From IMG/VR virus record IMGVR_UViG_3300044701_000569, positions 124,001-188,000 of that record: a stretch of 64,000 bases of DNA; one strand, written 5' to 3'. The translations under genes and the position numbers were made by a program. The notes under the pieces are model-generated. The model was given only the letters and a program-made list of their open reading frames with translations, searched no databases and was not told the DNA's origin. Shown here in pieces: positions 31,284-40,910 of this stretch. Numbering within the stretch: position 1 is the first letter of the stretch; each line of letters starts with the position of its first letter.

Positions 31284-33338
31284 ATGGCATACGAAGTACG
31301 TTATACAGACAGTGTAAACAAGGGTATTATTGTCGTTGAAGACGGCACACTTAATACTGAAACCTCATTGGCGCTGCCTGGTAGAAGTAATACAGGATAT
31401 GGACAGGCAGTAGCTGAAAATTTTCTACACTTACTTGAAAATTTTGCAAATACTAACCCTCCAACAAGACCAGTTGAAGGTCAGCTATGGTACGATAATA
31501 CAGACGGTGTAGACCAGTTAAAGGTTTATGATGGTACTACTTGGGCCGCAGCAGGCGGCCTAAAGAAAGCTCTATCACAACCTGCCGTAGCAAACTCTTT
31601 AGCTGGTGACTTATGGGTTAATACTGATGCACAGCAGCTATATTTGTTTACTGGTAGTCAATGGATCTTAGTAGGTCCTGATTTTAGTGACGGCTTATTA
31701 ACAGGCGCTAAAGCTGAAGTAATTGTAGGCATTGACGATATTAGTTACAATGTTTTAACAATTAAAATTGAAGATAAGCCTGCTGCAATTATAAGCAGCC
31801 AAGCATTTACACCTAAGAGTGCAATACCTGGTTTTAGAGCAGGTATTCAGCCTGGTTTTAATATAGCATCAACACCTATTGTAGGATTACAGGTCTTAAA
31901 ATATTTTGGAATTTCAGAGAAGGCAGAAAATTTAATAGTTGCAGGCGAATCAATACCAGCTAGTAACTTTTTAAGAGTTGATGCAGCCTCCACTACAAAT
32001 TTTCAATTAAAGGTTAAGACTAATGACGGTATACAGATTGGTTCAGGCGGACAAATAAACATTAAAGTAGCAGGCGAAGCTGGTGTTATACAACACAATA
32101 CTCCTGGTGCTAACATTGATTTTATATTAAGAGAAGGTAATACTAACAATACTGTTATGCGTATTGATAGTACACAAAAAGTTGGTATTAATAATACAGC
32201 TCCTGACGAAGACTTAGACGTAGTTGGTAACGTACAAATTAGTTCGAAGCCAACAGATGCAACTACCGGTGTACTAAAGATAGAAAGCACTATAAACTCA
32301 GATGATATCAACGAAGGTTCTTTAATTGTTAAAGGTGGTGCAGGTATTGCATTGAATCTTAATGTGGGCGGAAATGTTGATATTGACGGAGTATTAGTTA
32401 CAGCTAATATTACACCAGACTCAAATAGTGCTAGAAACATTGGTAGCCCAATTAACAAATACGATCAAGTTTATGCAACTACGTTTTTTGGTAATGTACA
32501 GGGTAATGTAAGCGGTACAGTAACAGGTAGAGCAGGCTCAGCAGACAAGTTAGCTTCAGCTACTACGTTTGCAGTTGATGGTGATGTTGAACCTAACAGT
32601 TTTGCTTTTGATGGACAAACAGGTGGATCAACAAAAACTTTTGATATTAGAGTTCGCAACAGTTTTGTAAGTAATAAAGATGTTATTTACGATGTAGATA
32701 ATGCTGATGAAATATTAGTAAACAAAGTAATTGGTGAATCTGGACTTTACAGAGTTACTAAACGTAACTTTTTAAAAAGTATACCACTAATTCCTCCTGG
32801 TGTTTTTATGCCTTACGGGGGAATCACCCCACCGGCGGGGTGGCTACTATGTGACGGTTCAGAAGTCCGTAAGTCTGATTTTACTATTCTATGGGAAGCC
32901 ATTGGATTTAACTTTAGAGATGCTTCTTTAATCAGTGACGGCGGTGTTAATTATTTTGCCCTGCCAGATCTAAGAGGAAGATTCCCACTAGGTGCTGACA
33001 ATATGGGCGGTCCTAGTGCTAATAGAGTTACTAGCTCAGCTGCTGATGCAATAGGTAATAGTTCAGGAGAAGAAAGTAAAACTATTGGAATAGAAAATTT
33101 ACCAGAACACGAGCATGACTTAGAAGGTCCAAGTGGTACACAGTATTATGGCATACGAGTGGGAGCAGGCGCTCCGTTAGACGATGCAGCTATAACACTG
33201 CCAATAGAGCCCGGCGCAGGCGGTACCCAAGGATTTGCATCAAGCGGCGGCGTACTTACAGCCTCAACATTAGGAACTCCACTAGATGTAATGAACCCAT
33301 ATCTAGTTGTAAACTATATAATATATACTGGACAATAA
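31284..33338 (+). CDS. tail fibre 1 with a C-terminal tail-collar domain
   Basis: Shared fibre anchor ENFLHLLENFA...GQLWYD; C-terminal PPGVFMPYGGITPPAGWLLCDG...FALPDLRGRFPLG...NPYLVVNYII collar motif; AAGGAG RBS. Confidence 0.85.
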   Translation: MAYEVRYTDSVNKGIIVVEDGTLNTETSLALPGRSNTGYGQAVAENFLHLLENFANTNPPTRPVEGQLWYDNTDGVDQLKVYDGTTWAAAGGLKKALSQPAVANSLAGDLWVNTDAQQLYLFTGSQWILVGPDFSDGLLTGAKAEVIVGIDDISYNVLTIKIEDKPAAIISSQAFTPKSAIPGFRAGIQPGFNIASTPIVGLQVLKYFGISEKAENLIVAGESIPASNFLRVDAASTTNFQLKVKTNDGIQIGSGGQINIKVAGEAGVIQHNTPGANIDFILREGNTNNTVMRIDSTQKVGINNTAPDEDLDVVGNVQISSKPTDATTGVLKIESTINSDDINEGSLIVKGGAGIALNLNVGGNVDIDGVLVTANITPDSNSARNIGSPINKYDQVYATTFFGNVQGNVSGTVTGRAGSADKLASATTFAVDGDVEPNSFAFDGQTGGSTKTFDIRVRNSFVSNKDVIYDVDNADEILVNKVIGESGLYRVTKRNFLKSIPLIPPGVFMPYGGITPPAGWLLCDGSEVRKSDFTILWEAIGFNFRDASLISDGGVNYFALPDLRGRFPLGADNMGGPSANRVTSSAADAIGNSSGEESKTIGIENLPEHEHDLEGPSGTQYYGIRVGAGAPLDDAAITLPIEPGAGGTQGFASSGGVLTASTLGTPLDVMNPYLVVNYIIYTGQ

Positions 33339-33339
33339 G

Positions 33340-35232
33340 ATGAGTTATCAATTAAACAAAACAGACGGAACGATTTTAACTGATTTAATTGACGGTCAAA
33401 TTGATACCGAAAGTACTAATCTTACTCTGGTAGGTAAAAACTACACCGGTTATGGCGAAGCGTTTAATGAAAACTTCATTAAACTTCTAGAAAATTTTGC
33501 TAACACCGCTGCTCCTAGTAATCCGTTAGAAGGACAGTTATGGTGGAACAGCAGTGAGCAACGTTTAAAAGTTTATGATGGTACAGTATGGAAAGCATCA
33601 GGTGGCCCTTACGTACAAGAAACAAGACCTCAGATGGTTGCAGGCGATCTGTGGATTGACAATTTAAACAATCAAGTATATGCCTATGATGGTACAGATA
33701 CTATCCTTATTGGGCCACTGTATACACAGTCACAAGGTATAAGCGGATTTCAAATTGCAAACATACTTGATACTCAGAGCAGATCAAGAACAGTAGCAAA
33801 GTTTTTTATTGGCGGTACGTTAGTAGGAATTTTTAGTAACATAGAATTTACGCCAACGTATTCTCAAAGGATTACTAGCCTTGTAACTGAAGACAATCCT
33901 AGCGGTATAATATACGAAGGATTTAACATCATAAATTCTAGCACATTTAAGTTTTATGGTACTGCTCAAAGTTCTAATGCTCTTGTAACAGCTTCAGGAG
34001 CAATTAGAACTGCTGATCAATTTTTACCATCAGACAGTGACGGAATTACTGTAGGTACATTAACTATACAAAACTCTGGTGGTTTAACTATTGGACTTTC
34101 ACAAAATAACGTACAAAAAGTTGTTGGTCCTAGATTTTATATTGAAAATCAGTTGAGAGATCATGATATAAGTCTGCGTGTTAGAAGTACTGCATTTGAA
34201 TCTATTATTGTTGATGCAATTTATGTTGATGCATCAACTGCAAAAGTAGGTATCTTTACTACTAACAGATTGCCTGAGTATACACTAGATGTTGAGGGTG
34301 ATTTAAGAGTAACAGGGAATCTAATAGTTCAAGGTGATACAACAACAGTTGAAGTATCTACGCTAAAAGTTGAAGATAAGAACATTGAACTAGCTGCACT
34401 TAATGACAGCAGCCTAGGTGATGATACTGTTATTGATGGCGCAGGAATTATTGTTAGATCCTCGGACGGCAATAAAACTATTACTTGGGAACTATTAACA
34501 GATTCTTGGACATTTAATAAAAATATTGATCTTTCAGATAATACGTTAAGTTTAAGTATTGGCGGCAGTACTAAATTGACTACAAACAGCTTATCAAATA
34601 TTTTATATGCTGATGATCTTGTAAGAATTGGTACACTACAGTTTTTAGATGTTGATAACATAAACATTAATAGTAATACTATAACTAGTAGTTTAGATCT
34701 AGTAATTACTGCTGCTTCAGGAATTAATATTACAGCCGGTGGTGACATTGCAGTACAAGATAGTCAAAAAATTACCGGACTAGCAGACCCTACAGCAGCA
34801 CAAGATGCTGCAACTAAAGCATATGTTGATCTTGCTACAGTAACAGCACCTGTTGTTTTTAGCTTAGATATTACTGGTTTAGGATCTGGACTTACATTAC
34901 AAACTAACGTTGCAGCTTACTTAAATGATTTGTTTCCTTCCACAGTAGATAACAACGGAAAGATTGCTAGAATACATACAACTTCTTATACTGGGTCTAC
35001 TGTAAGCGGTATTGTTGTTAGTATTACAGAGACTCCTGATACATCAGGAGTATTATCACTGTCTAGAGTAGCTGTAGATTCAAATGGAACACAAAATGAG
35101 TCAGTTATACAGGATATAGTGTCCTCAAATACAGCGTCAGGCATAGCAGTTTTAACACCAGTTAGAAGTTTAATGGTTTTCCAAAGCACAGGTTTAGGAT
35201 GGAGTCATGTGTCAACGACTGCTTATCCGTAA
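33340..35232 (+). CDS. tail fibre 2
   Basis: Same N-terminal anchor (GYGEAFNENFIKLLENFA...GQLWWN); fibre motifs PEYTLDVEGDLRVTGNL and ITGLADPTAAQDAATKAYVD. Confidence 0.8.
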   Translation: MSYQLNKTDGTILTDLIDGQIDTESTNLTLVGKNYTGYGEAFNENFIKLLENFANTAAPSNPLEGQLWWNSSEQRLKVYDGTVWKASGGPYVQETRPQMVAGDLWIDNLNNQVYAYDGTDTILIGPLYTQSQGISGFQIANILDTQSRSRTVAKFFIGGTLVGIFSNIEFTPTYSQRITSLVTEDNPSGIIYEGFNIINSSTFKFYGTAQSSNALVTASGAIRTADQFLPSDSDGITVGTLTIQNSGGLTIGLSQNNVQKVVGPRFYIENQLRDHDISLRVRSTAFESIIVDAIYVDASTAKVGIFTTNRLPEYTLDVEGDLRVTGNLIVQGDTTTVEVSTLKVEDKNIELAALNDSSLGDDTVIDGAGIIVRSSDGNKTITWELLTDSWTFNKNIDLSDNTLSLSIGGSTKLTTNSLSNILYADDLVRIGTLQFLDVDNININSNTITSSLDLVITAASGINITAGGDIAVQDSQKITGLADPTAAQDAATKAYVDLATVTAPVVFSLDITGLGSGLTLQTNVAAYLNDLFPSTVDNNGKIARIHTTSYTGSTVSGIVVSITETPDTSGVLSLSRVAVDSNGTQNESVIQDIVSSNTASGIAVLTPVRSLMVFQSTGLGWSHVSTTAYP

Positions 35233-35239
35233 TTTACGA

Positions 35240-35245
35240 TAAATA
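35240..35245 (+). promoter_or_regulatory. late promoter core ATAAATA upstream of tail fibre 3
   Basis: gaTAAATAa followed by a TAGGGGTT RBS-like element and ATG 35275. Confidence 0.55.
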
Positions 35246-35274
35246 ATATAAAGCACTATTAGGGGTTATTACAG

Positions 35275-36768
35275 ATGGCTTATCAAATTGATAGATATAA
35301 TAATACAACACTTACAGTTGTAGAGGACGGAACCGTAGATCAGACCACTGATCTTAAGTTCATCGGTAAAAACTATGCTGGATACGGTGAAATTCAAAAC
35401 GAAAACTTCCTGTTTTTGCTTGAAAACTTCGCTGGCGCTAATGCTCCACCGAGGGCCATTGGCGGACAGTTATGGTTTGATTCAACAGGCGGCGGAAAGC
35501 TAAAGTTTTATGATGGCGGCCAATGGAGAGCTACAGGTGGCTCAGCAGTTTCCCCTACAGAACCTACAGGACTTACAGACGGTGATTTTTGGTGGGACAG
35601 TGCTAACGACCAGTTATATGTTTATAACGGAACTGACTATGTATTAATTGGACCACAAAACGCTGGCGAAGGCGTTACACAGATGGTCAGTTTAGAACTA
35701 CTTGACACAACAAACGCTACAAAGAGTGTAATTGCTGCAACAATACAAGACGAAATTGTTGCGATTATGAGTTCTAGTGAATTTACCCTAAATGCTGCTA
35801 ACCCTATAGTGGGCTTTGATAGAATTAAGAAGGGTATTACACTAACCTGGACAAAATTAGCTGACAACGGCAAAACAAATAGTGCAGCCGCAGCAGGAAA
35901 AGATTTTAATTTTTGGGGCACCGCATCAGATGCTGATAGACTTGGTGGATTTGCAGCAAGCGAGTATGTAAGATCAGCACCTGGGCAAATAACAGAGTTT
36001 ACAAGTATTGTTAAGTTTCCTGATGATGGTATTCAAGTTGGTAACGATTCGGATTTCAAGCTGTTTGTTGATGAAGGAGCAAAGGCTGTTATAGAAAATG
36101 CTGAAGGTTTAAGCAGCGAAATTACATTTAGAACTACTAATCCTGTTGGCACAACTGTACACTCTTTATCAATAAACAATGTTGGTCTTGTTCCTGCTGT
36201 CGATAATGTTTTTGACGTAGGTACATCAGGTGCTAAGTTTAATACAATTCATGCTTCTGTGTTTAATGGAGAAGCAACTAAAGCAGCAACATTAAGAGTA
36301 GGAACCAACAATTGGTTCTCAGCTAACATAAGTGCTACACCTAATACTATTGCAGCTAGAACAAGTGACGGAAATATTGCAGCTAACCTATTCCAAGGAA
36401 CTGCTACACAAGCACGTTATGCTGACTTAGCAGAAAAATATACAACTGACCAAGAATATCCAGTAGGTACTGTGATGTGCGTAGGAGGAGACGCTGAGAC
36501 AAAGGCAACTAGATTAGGCGATATGGCTATTGGAGTTATATCAGAAAAGCCTGCACTGCTTATGAACTCAGAAGCCGAAGGGCAAGCTATTGCACTTAAA
36601 GGACGAGTACCAGTAAGAATAGTTGGACCAGTTTCAAAAGGAATGCTTGTTTACGTTTATAAAGATGGTACAGCATCAACTATTGGTTCAAGTAGTTTAG
36701 TTGGAGTAGCTCTTGAGACAAACAATGCTGAAGGCGAAAAATTAGTAGAATGCGTACTAAAAGTTTAA
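35275..36768 (+). CDS. tail fibre 3 with a C-terminal intramolecular-chaperone/autocleavage (peptidase G2-like) domain
   Basis: Shared anchor (GYGEIQNENFLFLLENFA...GQLWFD); C-terminal YADLAEKY...YPVGTVM...IGVISEKP.LLMNS...ALKGRVPV. Confidence 0.8.
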   Translation: MAYQIDRYNNTTLTVVEDGTVDQTTDLKFIGKNYAGYGEIQNENFLFLLENFAGANAPPRAIGGQLWFDSTGGGKLKFYDGGQWRATGGSAVSPTEPTGLTDGDFWWDSANDQLYVYNGTDYVLIGPQNAGEGVTQMVSLELLDTTNATKSVIAATIQDEIVAIMSSSEFTLNAANPIVGFDRIKKGITLTWTKLADNGKTNSAAAAGKDFNFWGTASDADRLGGFAASEYVRSAPGQITEFTSIVKFPDDGIQVGNDSDFKLFVDEGAKAVIENAEGLSSEITFRTTNPVGTTVHSLSINNVGLVPAVDNVFDVGTSGAKFNTIHASVFNGEATKAATLRVGTNNWFSANISATPNTIAARTSDGNIAANLFQGTATQARYADLAEKYTTDQEYPVGTVMCVGGDAETKATRLGDMAIGVISEKPALLMNSEAEGQAIALKGRVPVRIVGPVSKGMLVYVYKDGTASTIGSSSLVGVALETNNAEGEKLVECVLKV

Positions 36769-36777
36769 GGAATCAGC

Positions 36778-37719
36778 ATGGCAGACATAAGTGCAGCAAG
36801 GCTTAATAACTTACAGTCTAGACTGGAGCTGATACTCGGCAACGGTTCTGGACCAAGCGGTTACGGTCAACCTTTAATAAGTAGTCAAGTATCTAATATA
36901 GACGGAAGTCTTATCTCTGCTGCCGATATCAATGCAATCTATGCTGATATGGTTAAAGCACGAGTGCATCAAGTAGGTGTTGAACCAACAGAAATAGCAG
37001 AATTAATATCTAATCTTAATATAATTGCAGAAGATACTAGTTTTTTCATAGGTGATGACGGTATTACAGTAGTAGATCCTGATGGATCTAAAAAGGGTAT
37101 TATTGATTATGAAACCTTAATGTCTACTATAGAAACAGACAAATTTTCTGCGCATACATCACAAGTAACTTTAGAACCTGGTATAACCGGTCAGCGAACT
37201 GCTGACTGGAATGGTTTAATCTATCAAGAAATTACTGTAAATTTCAACAATGCCGATCATCGTAGACACTTTTTTAATACAGGCGGCAACATTAGATTTA
37301 CTGGAAATAACAGCGGCGCTACTCTACCTAAAGGGTTAGATTGGAATTTATTGTTAACTGAAGTAGGATCAGTTAACTTTACCTACGCAACAACTTCATC
37401 AACCGGTGCTGGAAGCGGTTCAGCAATTGGTAACTATCAATTAACATCAACATATCAAACTGTGTTCTCTAGAATCGGCGGCGGAACCTACACTGGAATT
37501 TATAGCGGTGTCTATGCTGGTAATCTTTACACTATAAAAGCAAGATCACTGTCTTCCAGCAGCATACAATTTAGAATTGAATTTAACGATGTTGTTACTG
37601 ATCCTATTATAGACAACAATGTTGATGGTCGTTTGATTAGCACAGTACAGCACGTAAGAGCAAATTCTTCAGCAGTTTCGGTAGTAGCACCTACTTACAC
37701 GATCGATACTACTCTATAA
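36778..37719 (+). CDS. virion structural protein (paralog of 37771..38763)
   Basis: In the late tail block; shares GYGQ, D.V.ARVHQ.G, IETDK, RRHFFN.GG.IR and GSAIGNY.LTS.YQ with the next gene. Confidence 0.6.
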   Translation: MADISAARLNNLQSRLELILGNGSGPSGYGQPLISSQVSNIDGSLISAADINAIYADMVKARVHQVGVEPTEIAELISNLNIIAEDTSFFIGDDGITVVDPDGSKKGIIDYETLMSTIETDKFSAHTSQVTLEPGITGQRTADWNGLIYQEITVNFNNADHRRHFFNTGGNIRFTGNNSGATLPKGLDWNLLLTEVGSVNFTYATTSSTGAGSGSAIGNYQLTSTYQTVFSRIGGGTYTGIYSGVYAGNLYTIKARSLSSSSIQFRIEFNDVVTDPIIDNNVDGRLISTVQHVRANSSAVSVVAPTYTIDTTL

Positions 37720-37741
37720 TAAATCCTCATTCTTTAGAGTA

Positions 37742-37749
37742 TATAAATA
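37742..37749 (+). promoter_or_regulatory. exact T4 late promoter TATAAATA inside an 8-bp inverted repeat (37735-37754)
   Basis: TAGAGTAT-ATAA-ATACTCTA, followed by TAGGGGTT and ATG 37771. Confidence 0.72.
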
Positions 37750-37770
37750 CTCTACTAGGGGTTTTATAAT

Positions 37771-38763
37771 ATGCCAACGACAACGTTAGTAACAGCTACG
37801 AGATATAATCTGCTCAAGAATAGGATTCACACTATTCTTGGAACTTCACTAGTATCTACGCCAACATCTGGATACGGACAGAGTACATACAGTAGCGGTG
37901 TTACCGGAAACTATAATACAAACACTACAGCTACAGATCTAATAGATGATCAGGATTATAGAGAAATTTATATTGATCTAGTTAGAGCTCGAGTACATCA
38001 AATAGGATCAGCAGCTTTTACACAGCAGCCTACTCCCCTAGGTGACTTTTCTGCTAATGGAGCAGCCACTGACAAGGTAGCAGAAGCTTATATTGCCGGC
38101 TTAGAAAGTCTTATGACTTCAATAGAGACTGATAAATTATCTATATTTGAATCAACTCAGGCAACATTAGAAAATTTAAGAAATTCTCTTGGTACAACTA
38201 TACAAGGTTCTAGGTTTGAATCTATAAGCGGAACTTGGAACTCTACCCTATCGTTTATTTTTACAGTTAGTTTTACGTCAGCAGAAGAACGTCGACATTT
38301 TTTCAATGCAGGCGGCAAGATTAGAATTACTGCAAGTAAAACTGGCGCAGATGTTAATCCAAAAACAGCTAGCTGGAGAACCTTATTATCTGGTTTAGGA
38401 CAGATTATTTTTAATCACAACAGTACTACTAATAGTGCTAGCTTTGGAACAGGCTCTGCAATCGGAAATTACGGATTAACTAGCTCTTATCAGTTAATAT
38501 ATAGGGGTTATTCTAGTGCATATTTTTCAAATGCTGTGGAAGTGTATGCTTTACAACTTAATTCTTCACAAATACAGTTTAGAGTCTATCTAGCAGATCA
38601 ACGTAGCGAAAATATTGACGAACAGGTGTTTGGCGATTTCTTTGTTAGCCCAACTATCCTACGTCCGGAAGGAACAGTTAGTATAAACGGAACTGTTTAT
38701 CCTACTGTGCAGATAACCACAGCACCTGTAGGTGCTGTCATTACCAATCTAACAGCAATCTAA
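37771..38763 (+). CDS. virion structural protein (paralog of 36778..37719)
   Basis: Own late promoter; motifs shared with the preceding gene. Confidence 0.6.
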   Translation: MPTTTLVTATRYNLLKNRIHTILGTSLVSTPTSGYGQSTYSSGVTGNYNTNTTATDLIDDQDYREIYIDLVRARVHQIGSAAFTQQPTPLGDFSANGAATDKVAEAYIAGLESLMTSIETDKLSIFESTQATLENLRNSLGTTIQGSRFESISGTWNSTLSFIFTVSFTSAEERRHFFNAGGKIRITASKTGADVNPKTASWRTLLSGLGQIIFNHNSTTNSASFGTGSAIGNYGLTSSYQLIYRGYSSAYFSNAVEVYALQLNSSQIQFRVYLADQRSENIDEQVFGDFFVSPTILRPEGTVSINGTVYPTVQITTAPVGAVITNLTAI

Positions 38764-38765
38764 TA

Positions 38766-38793
38766 TTGCATTTTTAAAAAAATGTGTTATACT
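38766..38793 (+). promoter_or_regulatory. sigma70-type promoter (extended -10) heading the glycosyltransferase/radical SAM operon
   Basis: TTGCAT-N16-TATACT with TG one base upstream of the -10 (TGtTATACT), in the only sizeable gap (105 nt) before the operon. Confidence 0.62.
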
Positions 38794-38868
38794 ATTAGAT
38801 AACATATTCAGTTTCTTACGACTTCAATCCATAAACTGACTATATAATTAAAACCCTTGGAGACTCTT

Positions 38869-39222
38869 ATGGACGAAAGATTAGAAAAAGCTCTTAAGTT
38901 TAGCAATTACATGGTTACGCTAAACAATCAAAAACGAGTCATTAAAGAAAAGTATTTTGAAGACCTCATGTACTTTAACAGTGGTTGCCAATTTACTGTT
39001 ACGAAAGAATTAATTACGTTTGTTGGTCTGTTAATAGAACGAGGTAATGACTCTGATGTTGTACTAACTGACGATAACGACATACCTGCTAAGATATCAG
39101 ATCTAGGTTCTTTTTATGATGACATCCTTAATATTTACTTTACAGCATCAAATACGTATTACACAAAATACGAAGAACTTAAGAAAAACAGAAAAATAGA
39201 AACTCTAGTAAACCATGAATAA
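38869..39222 (+). CDS. hypothetical protein, possibly a tail-fibre-assembly-associated small domain
   Basis: ATG 38869 follows GGAG (the track TTG start lies within the RBS). G..F.V...L...LTDDND.P..I.DL..F pattern is reminiscent of DUF4376-type domains (weak). Confidence 0.5.
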   Translation: MDERLEKALKFSNYMVTLNNQKRVIKEKYFEDLMYFNSGCQFTVTKELITFVGLLIERGNDSDVVLTDDNDIPAKISDLGSFYDDILNIYFTASNTYYTKYEELKKNRKIETLVNHE

Positions 39223-40072
39223 TTCAAGAGGCGTTGTTTTATTTGCTAGAAACAATGGCAAACTTGATTATGTTAAACAGGCTGTATTTCTAGCAAAGAG
39301 AATTAAGAAATATCTAAATTTACCAACAACTGTAATAACAGATAGTGCTGATTATTTAGAAAAAGCATTTGATACAAATATTTTTGATAAAATTATTACA
39401 GTTGAATATTCTGAAACTAAAAATAATAGAGCTTATTTTGACGGTTCATTGTTTCACAAAACTGCTCCATTTAAAAATGACATGCGAGACGGTGTCTACA
39501 ATTGGTCACCTTACGATGAAACAATCTTAATGGATACTGATTATATCATATGCAATGATCTACTATTAAAATGTTTTGAGTCAAACAATGATTTAATGCT
39601 GTTTAAAGATTCATACGACCTAGCTCATTTTAGAAATCAAGATGAATTCAAACACATTAGTGACTTTACTATAGATTTTTATTGGGCTACAGTTGTGTTC
39701 TTCAGAAAAACAGATGAGAATGAAGTCTTTTTTGATCTTATACGCCATATTAAAAAAGAATGGAATCACTATAGACGTGTCTATCAAATAGATTCAGGAT
39801 TGTTTAGAAATGATTTTGCGTTTAGCATAGCTGTTCATATTATGAATGGATTTTCTAAAGGGTCTTTTGTAGCACCTTTGCCGGGAAAACATTACTATAC
39901 TATTGATAGAGATATTCTACAGAGTCTCGATGAAGACAGTATGTTATTTTTAGTAGAAAAGAAAGATCATTTAGGCGAATATACACTAATAAGAACTGAA
40001 AAACAAAATATTCACGTTATGAATAAGTTTAGTTTGGAACGAGTAATTGATGAGGAGATGTCTAATGGATAA
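39215..40072 (+). CDS. GT-A fold glycosyltransferase (GT8-like), paralog of 40065
   Basis: GVVLFA, SPYDETILMDTDY (DxD), YWATVVFFRK, RNDFAFSIA, H.MNK. Confidence 0.7.
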   Translation: MNNSRGVVLFARNNGKLDYVKQAVFLAKRIKKYLNLPTTVITDSADYLEKAFDTNIFDKIITVEYSETKNNRAYFDGSLFHKTAPFKNDMRDGVYNWSPYDETILMDTDYIICNDLLLKCFESNNDLMLFKDSYDLAHFRNQDEFKHISDFTIDFYWATVVFFRKTDENEVFFDLIRHIKKEWNHYRRVYQIDSGLFRNDFAFSIAVHIMNGFSKGSFVAPLPGKHYYTIDRDILQSLDEDSMLFLVEKKDHLGEYTLIRTEKQNIHVMNKFSLERVIDEEMSNG

Positions 40073-40910
40073 GAGTAGAGGCATCTTAGTATTAGCTCAA
40101 AATTCTACAGTAGCAAATTATGTTGAACAGGCTGCACTTTTAGCTATGAGCCTTAAAGTTACAAACCCTAGCACACTTATAAGTGTAGTTACTAATGATG
40201 AAGTTCCTACAGAATATGTAAAACTGTTTGATAAGATTATTCCTATACCGTTTGAAGATGATGCAGACGCAACAGAATGGAAGATTGAAAATAGATGGAA
40301 GCTATATCACGCAACACCTTATGATCAAACAATGGTATTGGATACTGATATGCTGATCCTACAGGATATATCAAGTTGGTGGAAGTTTTTAGAAAATTAC
40401 AAATTATATTTTACAACTAAAGTTTTTACTTATAGGGGCGAAGAAGTTACTAACGACTTTTATAGAAAAACTTTTACATCTAACAATCTTCCTAATCTAT
40501 ATAGCGGACTTCATTATTTCGAAAAGAGTAAACTAGCACTAGAGTTTTATACTTGGCTTGAACTTGTTATGCAGAACTGGGAATTGTTCTACGGATTGTA
40601 TGCTAAAGAAAATTATCCTGGTAGATGCAGTGTAGATGTTAGTGCAGCAATCGTAGCTAAAATTCTTGATTGTGACTCTGAAATTACAAACAATTATGCA
40701 GAATTTCCTACTTTTACTCATATGAAACCTCATATACAGAATTGGATTAGACCTAATGAAAAATGGCAAAACTGTGTTGGAGTTTACATTAATAGAAATT
40801 GTGAAATTAAAATAGGAAATTTTTCTCAGTTAGGTATCTTACATTATACAGAAAAAGATTTTGTAACACCTGAATTAATTGAACGCTATAGGAATTACCT
40901 ACATGTCTAA
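40065..40910 (+). CDS. GT-A fold glycosyltransferase (GT8-like), paralog of 39215
   Basis: GILVLA, KIENRWKLYHATPYDQTMVLDTDM (DxD), FTHMKP, LHYTEK. ATG 40065 after GAGGAG preferred. Confidence 0.72.
   Translation: MDKSRGILVLAQNSTVANYVEQAALLAMSLKVTNPSTLISVVTNDEVPTEYVKLFDKIIPIPFEDDADATEWKIENRWKLYHATPYDQTMVLDTDMLILQDISSWWKFLENYKLYFTTKVFTYRGEEVTNDFYRKTFTSNNLPNLYSGLHYFEKSKLALEFYTWLELVMQNWELFYGLYAKENYPGRCSVDVSAAIVAKILDCDSEITNNYAEFPTFTHMKPHIQNWIRPNEKWQNCVGVYINRNCEIKIGNFSQLGILHYTEKDFVTPELIERYRNYLHV

Noticed and set aside
31284-38763. Diversity-generating retroelement or invertible tail-fibre cassette
   Set aside because: No reverse transcriptase, invertase, adenine-specific TR/VR pair or flanking inverted repeats seen; fibre similarity is confined to diverged N-terminal anchors.
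2301-38763. Bacterial extracellular contractile injection system rather than a phage
   Set aside because: Adjacent gp55/gp47/gp46 in T4 order and T4-type late promoters indicate a T4-like phage genome.
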